A stretch of 64,000 nucleotides of DNA from the IMG/VR virus record IMGVR_UViG_3300022866_000322, positions 1 to 64,000 of that record; one strand, 5' to 3'. The notes under the pieces were generated by a model. It was given only the letters and a program-made list of their open reading frames with translations, did no database searches and was not told the DNA's origin. Of this stretch, positions 48,451 to 57,761 are shown piece by piece. Each line of letters begins with the position of its first letter. The stretch's first letter is position 1. The position numbers and the translations under genes were made by a program.

Positions 48451-48460
48451 GTCGTTGATT
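48448..48460 (-). promoter_or_regulatory. IHF consensus site
   Basis: Reverse complement AATCAAcgacTTA upstream of promoter copy 7. Confidence 0.5.
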
Positions 48461-48512
48461 ATAAAGAGAAAAATTTGTTAGTAAGTCTTTGTCTTTACAG
48501 GATTTTCTTTGG

Positions 48513-48576
48513 TTGACTTGTTGTCCAAAAGGCTCTATAATACGTAAGTATATTAACTAGTAAGGAGCTAAACAAG
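48513..48576 (+). promoter_or_regulatory. Repeated early promoter/leader, copy 7
   Basis: TTGACT-17-TATAAT; downstream leader identical to copy 5. Confidence 0.88.
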
Positions 48577-48972
48577 ATGGCATACATTTCAAAAGAAGAC
48601 GTTAAAGCAATCAGAGACGAACTTAAAGCAACCTTTCCTAAGTTCAAGTTTGGTGTTCGTAAAGCAACTGGTAGCATGAGTGTTACAGTTACTGTCAAGC
48701 AAGGGCCTACCGACTTTTCAGCTTTACTACGTGAATATAGAAATGACTATGTGCAGATTAATCCTTACCACACTAACAGATACGGTGAGCACTCTAAGTT
48801 CTTTGAGAAGATTGTTGAGATCATCAAGACTGCTCCTATTAAAGGTGAAGGTTACCATAAAGGAACTGGTCACTATGATAGATCCGACGCCCAGGTTGAC
48901 TATTTTGATACTGCCTACTACATGTCTATTAATGTAGGTGACTGGGACAAACCATATGCATGTTCTAAATAA
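48577..48972 (+). CDS. LPD29-like early protein
   Basis: K.IR.ELK..FP..KF.VR; D.SD.Q.DYF. Confidence 0.6.
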   Translation: MAYISKEDVKAIRDELKATFPKFKFGVRKATGSMSVTVTVKQGPTDFSALLREYRNDYVQINPYHTNRYGEHSKFFEKIVEIIKTAPIKGEGYHKGTGHYDRSDAQVDYFDTAYYMSINVGDWDKPYACSK

Positions 48973-48982
48973 GGAGAATCAT

Positions 48983-49162
48983 ATGTTACTGAATACAGTT
49001 GATTTGATGCACATTAGGTTTGATGACGATACCAGTTACTATTTTAAGCCAGGCACTTTCTGTTTACTTGAAGCAGGTTGGGACACAGTTAGAGACTACG
49101 AAAGAGTTACTGTTCCCAACAATGAGTACGAAGCAAAGAAAGCAGGGGTCGCAGTTGTGTAG
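48983..49162 (+). CDS. Hypothetical protein
   Basis: ATG after AAGGAG. Confidence 0.5.
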   Translation: MLLNTVDLMHIRFDDDTSYYFKPGTFCLLEAGWDTVRDYERVTVPNNEYEAKKAGVAVV

Positions 49163-49221
49163 TTTGTTATTAGGTGTTTTGATTTTGATTCTTTTTGTTA
49201 TTATTGTTAGGATGGGGTAAG

Positions 49222-49464
49222 ATGAAGGCACTCAGAGAAAAAACAGTGTACAAGGACTTTACTACACCTGATCATGTATACTATGTTGAAGGCAACAAAC
49301 TGTATGCCTACAAGGTTAAGGATAAGCCCGTGCATGTTTACTCAACTCCACTACAGTTTAACCAAAATGGACGCAAGTTTGACGAGCTTGTGAATGACTT
49401 TATGCTAGAAGACCCAGGTGCAGTGGTATGCAGTATGTCGGTGAATGGAGAGGTGACCAAATGA
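49222..49464 (+). CDS. Hypothetical protein
   Basis: ORF (MKALREKT...). Confidence 0.5.
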   Translation: MKALREKTVYKDFTTPDHVYYVEGNKLYAYKVKDKPVHVYSTPLQFNQNGRKFDELVNDFMLEDPGAVVCSMSVNGEVTK

Positions 49465-49527
49465 TTTCAAAGGGAGAAAGATAATGAGCAATGAACTCGG
49501 TGAATGGAAAGATTGTGAGAAAATAAA

Positions 49528-50034
49528 ATGAGTAATTATAAATTACACGCAGAGCGAGAGTTTCGAGCCGCCGGTTGGCTAGACGCTGACGGTAAATATT
49601 GCGACGAGATGCAAGAAGCGATTTGCAATAACGTGTTGAAACTATTAGAGGTGTTTTCTGACGAAGGACATTCGGGGTCATCGGCACCTTACGCCATAGG
49701 ATTGTTCTCGGAACTTGCAAAATTTAAGCCACTCAAGCCACTCACAGGTGAAGATTGGGAGTGGCTTGCGGTTGGTGAGGGTATGTATCAGAACATACGT
49801 TGCGGAACTGTGTTCAAACAACCAGATCGGTTCAGCGGACAACCTTATGATATAAACGGAAAAGTTTTCTGGGAATGGTATGCGGATGATGGCGGCGAAG
49901 TGTCTAAGGATTCCTACACGAACGGGGAATCAGCTGTTCCGATTGAATTCCCTTACAAACAAAAAACGGAATATGTGTTTGTGCCCACTCCAGAATATCC
50001 AAACGAATCGTTTACCTTGGAGAAAATAAAATGA
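49528..50034 (+). CDS. Conserved phage hypothetical protein
   Basis: EGHSG.SA, PL.PLTGEDWEW, QN.RC..VFK. Confidence 0.7.
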   Translation: MSNYKLHAEREFRAAGWLDADGKYCDEMQEAICNNVLKLLEVFSDEGHSGSSAPYAIGLFSELAKFKPLKPLTGEDWEWLAVGEGMYQNIRCGTVFKQPDRFSGQPYDINGKVFWEWYADDGGEVSKDSYTNGESAVPIEFPYKQKTEYVFVPTPEYPNESFTLEKIK

Positions 50035-50291
50035 ATAAAGAATTAATTATGGAAATTGCTAACAAGTCCGGCATGCTTGAAATACTCAAAGACCACGCCG
50101 CAGAATATGGAAACGGTACGCTTGAGAATACCCCATATTTAGAATTAGAAAAGTTCGCCGAGTTGATTGTTCGGGAATGTGTCATGTTTATTGATGTAGG
50201 TGCGTCAAAATTCAGTGACGGCGAATGGCTGAGATCCAGTATTAGAGATATCGGTGACATGATTAAAGAACATCTTGGGGTTGAAGAATGA
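50031..50291 (+). CDS. Hypothetical protein
   Basis: LEKFAELIVREC motif; ATGA coupling. Confidence 0.65.
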   Translation: MNKELIMEIANKSGMLEILKDHAAEYGNGTLENTPYLELEKFAELIVRECVMFIDVGASKFSDGEWLRSSIRDIGDMIKEHLGVEE

Positions 50292-50476
50292 GAACACCTA
50301 GATTCTATGTCGCTGATGAAATCAACAACTGGAGTGTCCGCAGTCCTGATAGTCTTGGTTTTTGGAAATGTGTGAGACCTATGAGTTGGCCCGGGATCAA
50401 TATCAGAAAACGATTAAAAATGGCCTGGTGGGTATTTACAGGTAAGGGTGATGTTCTTATGTGGGAGATTGAATAA
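50288..50476 (+). CDS. Hypothetical protein
   Basis: ATGA coupling. Confidence 0.55.
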   Translation: MRTPRFYVADEINNWSVRSPDSLGFWKCVRPMSWPGINIRKRLKMAWWVFTGKGDVLMWEIE

Positions 50477-51849
50477 TGAGCGGTGACCATAATCAATATC
50501 AAAAAGCAACTGGATGTGAAATGATGAGAACACAACCACAGGACATTATTGCCAGGCTAGAAGCAGACAATAGCAGACTTGCCAAAGAGGCTGTGCTGGC
50601 AGACGCAATGAACCAAGGCTTGGACGAGTTCTTTGCGGGTCTTAAAATGTGTTTGGACAAGTTATACACATTTGGTGTTAAACAGGTTCCTGAAAAAAGC
50701 CAGAATGAAGGACAAGGGTTAACTTGGGACGTTTTCTTAGACCTAGCACATGAGCTCAATGCCAGAGTTCTTACGGGCCATGCGGCACGTGATGCTATTC
50801 AGTTGTGCATGGATGTTGCTACACAAGAACAATGGAACAAGTTCTATAGACGTATCCTTATTAAGGATCTTCGTTGTGGTGTGTCAGAAAAGACAGTAAA
50901 CACCGTGGCTAAAAAACAAAAGCGTCCTGAGTATGCTGTACCGGTATTCACTTGCCAACTAGCACACGACAGTGCCAACCACGAAAAGAAGATGGCTGGT
51001 GAAAAACAAATTGAAGTTAAACTAGATGGTGTTAGGGTTATTACTTTTGTAAAGCCCAATGGCGTTGTTGAAATGTTTAGTCGTAATGGTAAACAGTTTC
51101 ATAACTTCGGACATATCTGCGAACAGATCAGTGCAGTAGTCAGACAAGTGTCATTTGATATTCCTATGGTGTTAGATGGAGAAGTAATGAGTGCTAACTT
51201 CCAAGACTTAATGAAACAGGTACACCGCAAAGATAACGTTGCGGCAAATGATGCTGTACTACACTTATTTGATATGATCCCTGCAGGGTTCTTTAGTAAA
51301 GGTTTGTGGGACAAGCCACAGCACGAGCGAAGTGCTATGGTTAAAGCATGGGTCAAGTCAAACAGTCAACAGTTACCTAATGTAGAAGTTTTAGATTGGG
51401 AAACTTTAGATTTAAATACACAACAAGGACAAAGCCGTTTTGTGGAACTTAATAAAGCGGCTGTGGATGGTGGCTACGAAGGCGTAATGATTAAGGACAT
51501 AGATGCACCTTATGAATGTAAACGCAGTCATGCTTGGTTGAAAGCCAAACCGTTTATTGAAGTTACCTTAGAAGTAACTGAGATAGAGCAAGGCACGGGG
51601 AGAAACGAAGGCAGACTAGGTGCATTTGTCTGTCAGGGGGAAGATGATGGGAAGGAAATCCAAGTTAATGTGGGAAGTGGATTCACAGATGCTGACCGCG
51701 ATGAATTTTGGCAAGGACGAGATTCTATTATTAATCATTTGGTGGAAGTACGTGCTGACGCAGTAACACAAAATCAGGATGGTACTTTCAGTTTACGATT
51801 CCCACGGTTCTTAAGATTCCGTGGATTTAACATTAAGGAAAAAGTATGA
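50476..51849 (+). CDS. ATP-dependent DNA ligase
   Basis: KLDGVR, SRNGK, LDGE, FD, EGVMIK, KR...WLK.K, VGSG, SLRFP.F. Confidence 0.96.
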   Translation: MSGDHNQYQKATGCEMMRTQPQDIIARLEADNSRLAKEAVLADAMNQGLDEFFAGLKMCLDKLYTFGVKQVPEKSQNEGQGLTWDVFLDLAHELNARVLTGHAARDAIQLCMDVATQEQWNKFYRRILIKDLRCGVSEKTVNTVAKKQKRPEYAVPVFTCQLAHDSANHEKKMAGEKQIEVKLDGVRVITFVKPNGVVEMFSRNGKQFHNFGHICEQISAVVRQVSFDIPMVLDGEVMSANFQDLMKQVHRKDNVAANDAVLHLFDMIPAGFFSKGLWDKPQHERSAMVKAWVKSNSQQLPNVEVLDWETLDLNTQQGQSRFVELNKAAVDGGYEGVMIKDIDAPYECKRSHAWLKAKPFIEVTLEVTEIEQGTGRNEGRLGAFVCQGEDDGKEIQVNVGSGFTDADRDEFWQGRDSIINHLVEVRADAVTQNQDGTFSLRFPRFLRFRGFNIKEKV

Positions 51850-52094
51850 GTAAGTATATTGAGTTTATTAAATGGTGTATCGGTGGTATCAGTCTCAGAG
51901 ATGAAGTAACCAGGATGTCGTTGTTTATTGGTATTGCATTCTTTGGATCATTGGCATTTGGAAATCCTGCGTATTGGTTCTTTGGATTTGCAGTTGCTAT
52001 CATAGTGGACCTTAGTATTGGCATGGTGCAATGGAAGTACCGAGACTTCTTACGTGAAACGCAAGACGGAGATCCAATGGATTTAGATGGCTAA
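51846..52094 (+). CDS. Small membrane protein
   Basis: Two hydrophobic segments; ATGA coupling. Confidence 0.6.
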   Translation: MSKYIEFIKWCIGGISLRDEVTRMSLFIGIAFFGSLAFGNPAYWFFGFAVAIIVDLSIGMVQWKYRDFLRETQDGDPMDLDG

Positions 52095-52141
52095 GTAAGC
52101 AATGGGCCTTGTCAGAAACGGCAAGTGCCCGACCTATCACA

Positions 52142-52654
52142 ATGATACCCGAAAGACATAATAACCCAGATCTGGATACTTGGCGAGATCGCCAAGTACT
52201 GAGTCTCAATGAATACAAACAAGATACTGTACTAGAGCAGGAAAAAATAATGTTAGACTTTGTTAGCCAATTCCCTGGTGTACATTGGACTTGGCGAGCA
52301 GAAAAAGGACTTTTCTATAATATTTGTAGGAAACACGTAAACATTGATAAACAAGTTAATTACAACGGCATAATTGTTTTTGGAAATGGCATTGCTGTAA
52401 CGACTACTAGGACGTTGGTACACAGGATTAGAAACTTAGTGCAAAATGCCAGTACGGCTTATGTTGGTATTAATAGGTTTACTATTAGAGAGCATAATAT
52501 AGACTTCGAGTTACCTGACAGCATAGAACAATCGTTGGACCTAATTATGAAACATTGTGATCCTAGGTTTAAAAGACTACACACCTTTAATAGGGTCGAC
52601 GGTAACCATATGGTATTTGCACATCCAATGGATTGTTACGGCCTATGCAAATAA
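52142..52654 (+). CDS. Hypothetical protein
   Basis: ORF. Confidence 0.55.
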   Translation: MIPERHNNPDLDTWRDRQVLSLNEYKQDTVLEQEKIMLDFVSQFPGVHWTWRAEKGLFYNICRKHVNIDKQVNYNGIIVFGNGIAVTTTRTLVHRIRNLVQNASTAYVGINRFTIREHNIDFELPDSIEQSLDLIMKHCDPRFKRLHTFNRVDGNHMVFAHPMDCYGLCK

Positions 52655-53199
52655 TAAAATCCTACTCTACTGCTGGTGGTCTTTCCCGAACACAACAGTT
52701 CAGACTGTTTCACATTGCAAGACCTAGCGTGTTGCTATGGAGAAAGACCAGATTTGGTTCCGCTTTTCCGTTGGATAATATTGACATCTGGATTACAAAT
52801 AATATTCTAGACAAAAATATCACTGTGGTTGACTTTGCGGGATGGTATTTACAAGACTTTGGCTTCAACACAACTTGTATAGAGTCTGATACTATTGCTA
52901 AACAGTATTACCATGATTGCCTAATAGAAAATAATATAGCAAAGCATAGACCTGCTTATATTAGTGATTCTGATCCGATAATTCTTAGACATCCAGTAAG
53001 TTTGAAATACAAAAGCGTAAATGATTTTGTGCATTTCCTGAACACGTGGACTAAAAGTTTATTAGTACTGAACTTCGATCCGAAATTAATATTGCATAAT
53101 CATTTAAAATTTAAACTAATTGACTTGGTTAAACAAAAAACCAATTTACATATGCAAGAAATTCTACCGAATTTATGGAAGGTATCAATTAATGGATAA
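52645..53199 (+). CDS. Hypothetical protein
   Basis: ORF overlapping neighbours. Confidence 0.55.
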   Translation: MQIIKSYSTAGGLSRTQQFRLFHIARPSVLLWRKTRFGSAFPLDNIDIWITNNILDKNITVVDFAGWYLQDFGFNTTCIESDTIAKQYYHDCLIENNIAKHRPAYISDSDPIILRHPVSLKYKSVNDFVHFLNTWTKSLLVLNFDPKLILHNHLKFKLIDLVKQKTNLHMQEILPNLWKVSING

Positions 53200-53437
53200 A
53201 CCTTTGCTTAGATTAACTGTGTACGCGGCCTTACTAGACTTAGTAAGTGACCCCGATTACTATTACCACAGCTCAGTTGGTAAAGAATATAGTCACTTTT
53301 CGGACAAAGGCAAGCAAGCAATTGTGGACTTTGTTGAAATCTTTGCTCATACTATGTTAGAAGTTAAGCATGAAGAAGACATAGAACGAAGCAAGGGTAT
53401 TTTGTTAAGCGAACTAAAAGGTAAACATGACTATTAA
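53192..53437 (+). CDS. Hypothetical protein
   Basis: ATG 53192 overlapping upstream stop. Confidence 0.6.
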   Translation: MDKPLLRLTVYAALLDLVSDPDYYYHSSVGKEYSHFSDKGKQAIVDFVEIFAHTMLEVKHEEDIERSKGILLSELKGKHDY

Positions 53438-54588
53438 ACTTGATATCTTTTAGCTATATTATAGAATTCAGGCATATAGTCCTTTAGACTTATATTTTTC
53501 AATCGATCTTGTTCCTGCAGTTCCTTAATAGCCAAACGGAAGTTAGCCAAGTCTTTTCCCCCTTGGACCTTGGGTATAGAAGAAAGATCTATACTATTTT
53601 TTACCTCTATAGGTAGTGCATATGGAGAGAAGTAAGGAGGATCGAAAACCATATTATGATTGAAAGGTAACTTCTGACTGTTGAACCATTCAACAGTTTC
53701 TTTATAGTACATAACGTTTACATTACTAACTAGGTAACTTACACTCAACATATAGTTTAGTTCTCTAAAGAATTTAATATTATCAAGCAGTACTGACCAC
53801 TTCAACGGATGCCGCATATATTCAAAGCGTTTTTCTATACCGTCTATGCTGAGGCATATATTAACATTTCTAAACTGTGACAATATATTTTTTTGATCAT
53901 CAGTCAGCACAACACTACCGTTACTAACCAAACTTATAAAACAGTTGGTATTATTGTGCTTTAATAGTTGTTCCAATGCCTGAAAGTTTTTCTTCTCTAA
54001 TAGAGGTTCGCCTCCAACAAATGACAACATTACTAGATCTTTGTAATTGATATCATCAAACACATTTTTTGGTACAAAGTTAATGTAGGTTTCTTTTTGT
54101 TGTGCTTTACCTTTTAACCATTCTAAATGTTCCGACCAAACTTTAGCACCTGCATTATCATCTGGGTCCAGACTACGCAATCTTTCCTGGGTTTCGTTTA
54201 ACAAATATGATCCATCGTCACTTCTGAGGTTGGCCCAAAGACTACTGGCAAGACCATTACAAGTTACACAAGTGCTATTACAAAGATTGGATGTGTGCAG
54301 TTTAACGATTCTGGTGCTGTAATTGTCGTCTCTGCATTCAGCTTCAACGGCATTGATATCTTTGTCTGCATAGAAGTCAAAGATCTCATTTTTAATTTGT
54401 CTATCACTCTTAGCACCTCGATCTTCTAAGTGCCAACATTTACTACAGGCGGAGCTACGCTGGCCACCCAGCATGTCACGTTTTACTTGTTCGACATTGG
54501 TTCCTGTAGGTAATAGACAACAAGGAGTAGTCTCGGGCTTCTTGAATTCTTTGGCATAAAATGGTAAAACACAAAAGTAGTTATTCAT
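53434..54588 (-). CDS. Radical SAM enzyme with N-terminal twitch/SPASM-like cysteines
   Basis: FCVLPF, PCC, CSKC, CNSTCVTC, GGEPL, SNGS. Confidence 0.9.
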   Translation of the reverse strand: MNNYFCVLPFYAKEFKKPETTPCCLLPTGTNVEQVKRDMLGGQRSSACSKCWHLEDRGAKSDRQIKNEIFDFYADKDINAVEAECRDDNYSTRIVKLHTSNLCNSTCVTCNGLASSLWANLRSDDGSYLLNETQERLRSLDPDDNAGAKVWSEHLEWLKGKAQQKETYINFVPKNVFDDINYKDLVMLSFVGGEPLLEKKNFQALEQLLKHNNTNCFISLVSNGSVVLTDDQKNILSQFRNVNICLSIDGIEKRFEYMRHPLKWSVLLDNIKFFRELNYMLSVSYLVSNVNVMYYKETVEWFNSQKLPFNHNMVFDPPYFSPYALPIEVKNSIDLSSIPKVQGGKDLANFRLAIKELQEQDRLKNISLKDYMPEFYNIAKRYQV

Positions 54589-54640
54589 TGCATTTCTATT
54601 TATATTGTGCTATACTTGTCGAAACTATTAAGAGGCATAT

Positions 54641-54934
54641 ATGAACACAGTTAAGTTTAATGAAGAAACAGTAGATCAAAGAAGAGACATTATCAAATCC
54701 ATGTTGAGTGAAGGTGTATACCGTGTTACCTTTACTAAGATTAATGGTGAAACAAGAGAGATGCCTTGTACACTTAACACAGACATGCTACCACCACAAA
54801 AGGTAGTAGAAGACGAAGAAAAAACAGAACGTAAAACAAACACAGAGAATTTGTCAGTGTGGTGTACTGATAAAAATGGCTGGCGTAGTTTTAAACTAGC
54901 CAATGTAGTAGAAGTAGCACCAATTCAACCTTAA
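54641..54934 (+). CDS. SH3-beta-barrel (WYL-like) phage protein
   Basis: VTFTK.NGE.R.M.CTL, WRSFK. Confidence 0.8.
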   Translation: MNTVKFNEETVDQRRDIIKSMLSEGVYRVTFTKINGETREMPCTLNTDMLPPQKVVEDEEKTERKTNTENLSVWCTDKNGWRSFKLANVVEVAPIQP

Positions 54935-54944
54935 GGAGAAAACT

Positions 54945-55106
54945 ATGTTAGATTGGATCCAAGATCGTTTTGCAGAACGCACTAGTTTAGACGGCGTAGC
55001 ACTTATTGCCGTTGGTGTAGTTGTTTTGATCTTTAGCCCACTTGCCACAATTGTGTCTTATGCCGCAATCCTGTATGGTATTTGGACTTTGGTTAAATCA
55101 GAGTAG
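54945..55106 (+). CDS. Small two-TM protein (53 aa)
   Basis: AAGGAG RBS; W...R..ERTSLDG followed by hydrophobic helices. Confidence 0.7.
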   Translation: MLDWIQDRFAERTSLDGVALIAVGVVVLIFSPLATIVSYAAILYGIWTLVKSE

Positions 55107-55114
55107 GAATACTC

Positions 55115-55166
55115 TTGACAATGTGTTAAGAGTTGCCTATACTATAGGCATGCTACAGTGTAGCAT
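55115..55166 (+). promoter_or_regulatory. Sigma70 promoter with palindrome at +1
   Basis: TTGACA-17-TATACT; atgctaca-g-tgtagcat at 55150-55166. Confidence 0.65.
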
Positions 55167-55188
55167 TTAAATTAACAGGAGAAATATA

Positions 55189-55458
55189 TTGTTTAATCTA
55201 AAAACAAAGCAAGGCAAATTATTCAAAGCTCTCGTCCTTGACGGTGAGTCACTTTCCGCTAGTCAGATTACAAAGCGGTTCGCAATTAAGAACCCGACGG
55301 CTACCGTGAGTGATATTCGTTACGCAGGATTTCCAATCTATGCGAACACACGAAAAGCTGGAAATGGCGTTCGGGTCACCGAATATGCACATGGTCGAGC
55401 AAGCCGCAAGTTGGTGGCTGCTGGATACCGTGCCATGCAAATGGGTCTCGTTGATTAA
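55189..55458 (+). CDS. Winged-HTH DNA-binding protein
   Basis: LSASQITKRFAIKNPTATVSDIR..G.PIY; AGGAG RBS, TTG start. Confidence 0.7.
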   Translation: MFNLKTKQGKLFKALVLDGESLSASQITKRFAIKNPTATVSDIRYAGFPIYANTRKAGNGVRVTEYAHGRASRKLVAAGYRAMQMGLVD

Positions 55459-55482
55459 TTCTAATCCAACTTGAGGCAAGTA

Positions 55483-55516
55483 AAGGGCGGCGCAATGTCG
55501 CCCTTTTTTATTGACT
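55483..55516 (+). repeat. 34-bp direct repeat, copy 1 (terminator plus -35 box)
   Basis: aagggcggcgcaatgtcgcccttttttattgact. Confidence 0.92.
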
Positions 55517-55642
55517 TTTTTACCAAAAAGATTGACTTCTCTTCGCAAAAACTTTAATATACTAAGGTAGGTATAAGACCTACCAAATGTAAAATGACTG
55601 AGGTCATTGTTACATGTTTGAAGATAACTTAAGGAGATAATT

Positions 55643-56713
55643 ATGTCAAACACAAACCTATCAGTGGTCTCTAATGACCTATTTGAATTCCAAGAAGAAC
55701 CAACATTTGAACTAACAGACTTCCCAATGCCGTCAGAAAGCACAACGATAGATCTAATAGAGTTCTTAAAAGTTCCAACATTTCCAATTAACCGTGATGT
55801 AGAGCATCGTGCTAAGAAAGCAGTAACACGCTTGACTAAAGCAATGCACAAACACGCAGAAGTTGACCTGTTACATTATACAGGACCAACTACTTCGAAA
55901 CCTGCATTTTTTAAGAATGGTTCGACATATGTTTTAGACGGAAACACTCGTCAGCACATTTGGAAGAAGCATTACTCAGACGAACAAGTAGTCAACACAA
56001 ATGTAAAGTTAATTCCAGTGCCAAAAGAAGTTGCAGTACGTACATACGAAATTAGTGATCCATATGAAGCGTGTTCGTTGTACTATATTATTGACAGCGT
56101 AGATGCTGTTGAAACAAAAGCAGACAAAATTACTGGCGCATTCCGTGCTAAGAATTTGCTGGATCGTTTTAAGAATTCAAAACTAAAAAGAGGTTCAATT
56201 GGTACAGCCCTTAATATAGGTTGTCCATATGGAGGCAAGAGCATGTTCCAGACTCCAGGTGTAAAAGATCTACACGATCAAGTAGACAAACTTGCTGATG
56301 CATTAGTGCTTATGGATAAACTAGATGCTCCAGGTAATGGACACTTTCACGTACAACCTGCAACAGGTGTTGCTATTCTAGCAGGACTTGCAATGGATTG
56401 TAGTGATGAATGGATAGAAACTGTTGATGAACTTGCTAGTACAGATATTAAACTGTATGGATACGAAGACAGTAACTTTAGTTCTAGTGCAGTCGATGCA
56501 TTAGTAAAAGGCAATGTACAAAATCCAGTAGGCGCACACAATGCTCTACCATATGACATTGGTTATGGACAAAACCGTGCGGTAGTACTTAACTATCTAG
56601 CATATTGCTGGAACTGCATTATCAAAGGCGAAGAAGTTGTCGAAGATATTACAGAAGAAATTATTGCAAATGAGTATTCTGAGCTTTTGAGAAGCGTCTA
56701 TATGGCAGACTAA
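55643..56713 (+). CDS. ParB/Srx-like (DGNTR) protein
   Basis: NRD and VLDGNTR motifs; AAGGAG RBS. Confidence 0.6.
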   Translation: MSNTNLSVVSNDLFEFQEEPTFELTDFPMPSESTTIDLIEFLKVPTFPINRDVEHRAKKAVTRLTKAMHKHAEVDLLHYTGPTTSKPAFFKNGSTYVLDGNTRQHIWKKHYSDEQVVNTNVKLIPVPKEVAVRTYEISDPYEACSLYYIIDSVDAVETKADKITGAFRAKNLLDRFKNSKLKRGSIGTALNIGCPYGGKSMFQTPGVKDLHDQVDKLADALVLMDKLDAPGNGHFHVQPATGVAILAGLAMDCSDEWIETVDELASTDIKLYGYEDSNFSSSAVDALVKGNVQNPVGAHNALPYDIGYGQNRAVVLNYLAYCWNCIIKGEEVVEDITEEIIANEYSELLRSVYMAD

Positions 56714-56720
56714 TACAATT

Positions 56721-56754
56721 AAGGGCGGCGCAATGTCGCCCTTTTTTATTGACT
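56721..56754 (+). repeat. 34-bp direct repeat, copy 2
   Basis: Identical to 55483-55516. Confidence 0.92.
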
Positions 56755-56783
56755 AACCATTTTAATACAAGTATAATCATATT

Positions 56784-57476
56784 ATGAATTATGTATTTGA
56801 TGTGGACGGCACACTTACCCCTAGCCGTAGTACAATGTATGGCCCATTTAAGGGTTGGTTCCTGGATTGGATCAAACACAAGAACGTGTACTTGATCACC
56901 GGAAGTGATTACGCTAAAACAGTAGAGCAGATTGGTGAAGATGTGGCCCACAGTGTGAACGCAGTTTACAATTGTGCTGGTAATAGCATATATGTACGTG
57001 GACAACTGGTTCACAAAAGTGACTGGCGCATAGGCGGAGATCTTGAACTATTTTTAAACGAATGGCTCGAATATAGCGCATATCCGACCCGTACAGGCAC
57101 ACATATTGAACACAGGATAGGTCTGTGTAACTTTAGTGTAGTAGGGCGCGGAGCAGACAAAACACAACGTACAGACTATGTAAAATGGGATACAGACAAC
57201 GGCGAGCGGTATGAAATAGCAGAAGCCATAACCAAGATGTTCCCGGACATAGATGCCACAGTAGCAGGTGAAACAGGCATAGACATTTACCAAAAAGGCA
57301 AAGACAAAGCTCAGGTTGCTGATGTGCTGTCGCCGTTTGTGTTCTTTGGTGACAAGACCGACCCAGGTGGCAATGACCATACCATTAGTTTACGTGCAGA
57401 AAAAGTTCACAGTGTGACCAGCTTTAGTGACACGTGGGAGATATTGCGTCTCAACTACTCTACAGAAAATACGTAG
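56784..57476 (+). CDS. HAD-IIB phosphomannomutase (eukaryotic PMM-like)
   Basis: FDVDGTLT, TGSD..K, IE.R....NFS..GR, FFGDK...GGND. Confidence 0.88.
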   Translation: MNYVFDVDGTLTPSRSTMYGPFKGWFLDWIKHKNVYLITGSDYAKTVEQIGEDVAHSVNAVYNCAGNSIYVRGQLVHKSDWRIGGDLELFLNEWLEYSAYPTRTGTHIEHRIGLCNFSVVGRGADKTQRTDYVKWDTDNGERYEIAEAITKMFPDIDATVAGETGIDIYQKGKDKAQVADVLSPFVFFGDKTDPGGNDHTISLRAEKVHSVTSFSDTWEILRLNYSTENT

Positions 57477-57594
57477 TAGTAAAACACGATTTTCAGTATG
57501 TACTTTTACCATTTTTACCAGTACAATATGCATAAGTAAAAAGTGTTAGAGACGTTCTAACACGATTATGAAACAACCTCAGAGGAGAATTACT

Positions 57595-57666
57595 ATGTGG
57601 ACAAAACCAGAATATACAGAAATGCGTTATGGCTTCGAAGTGACAATGTATTTTGCTAACCGCTAA
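57595..57666 (+). CDS. pqqA: Pyrroloquinoline quinone precursor peptide PqqA (23 aa; below ORF-track cutoff)
   Basis: [23 protein letters not shown], ExxxY core; GAGGAG RBS; own terminator. Confidence 0.95.
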   Translation: MWTKPEYTEMRYGFEVTMYFANR

Positions 57667-57690
57667 TATACATTAATTTTTGAAGAAACA

Positions 57691-57718
57691 AAAAGTGCTC
57701 ACTTCGGTGGGCATTTTT
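57691..57718 (+). terminator. Intrinsic terminator after pqqA
   Basis: aaaagtgctcac-ttcg-gtgggcattttt. Confidence 0.8.
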
Positions 57719-57761
57719 ATTGACATTGGGTTTTGAAATAACGATTGGGATAAATAAATGT

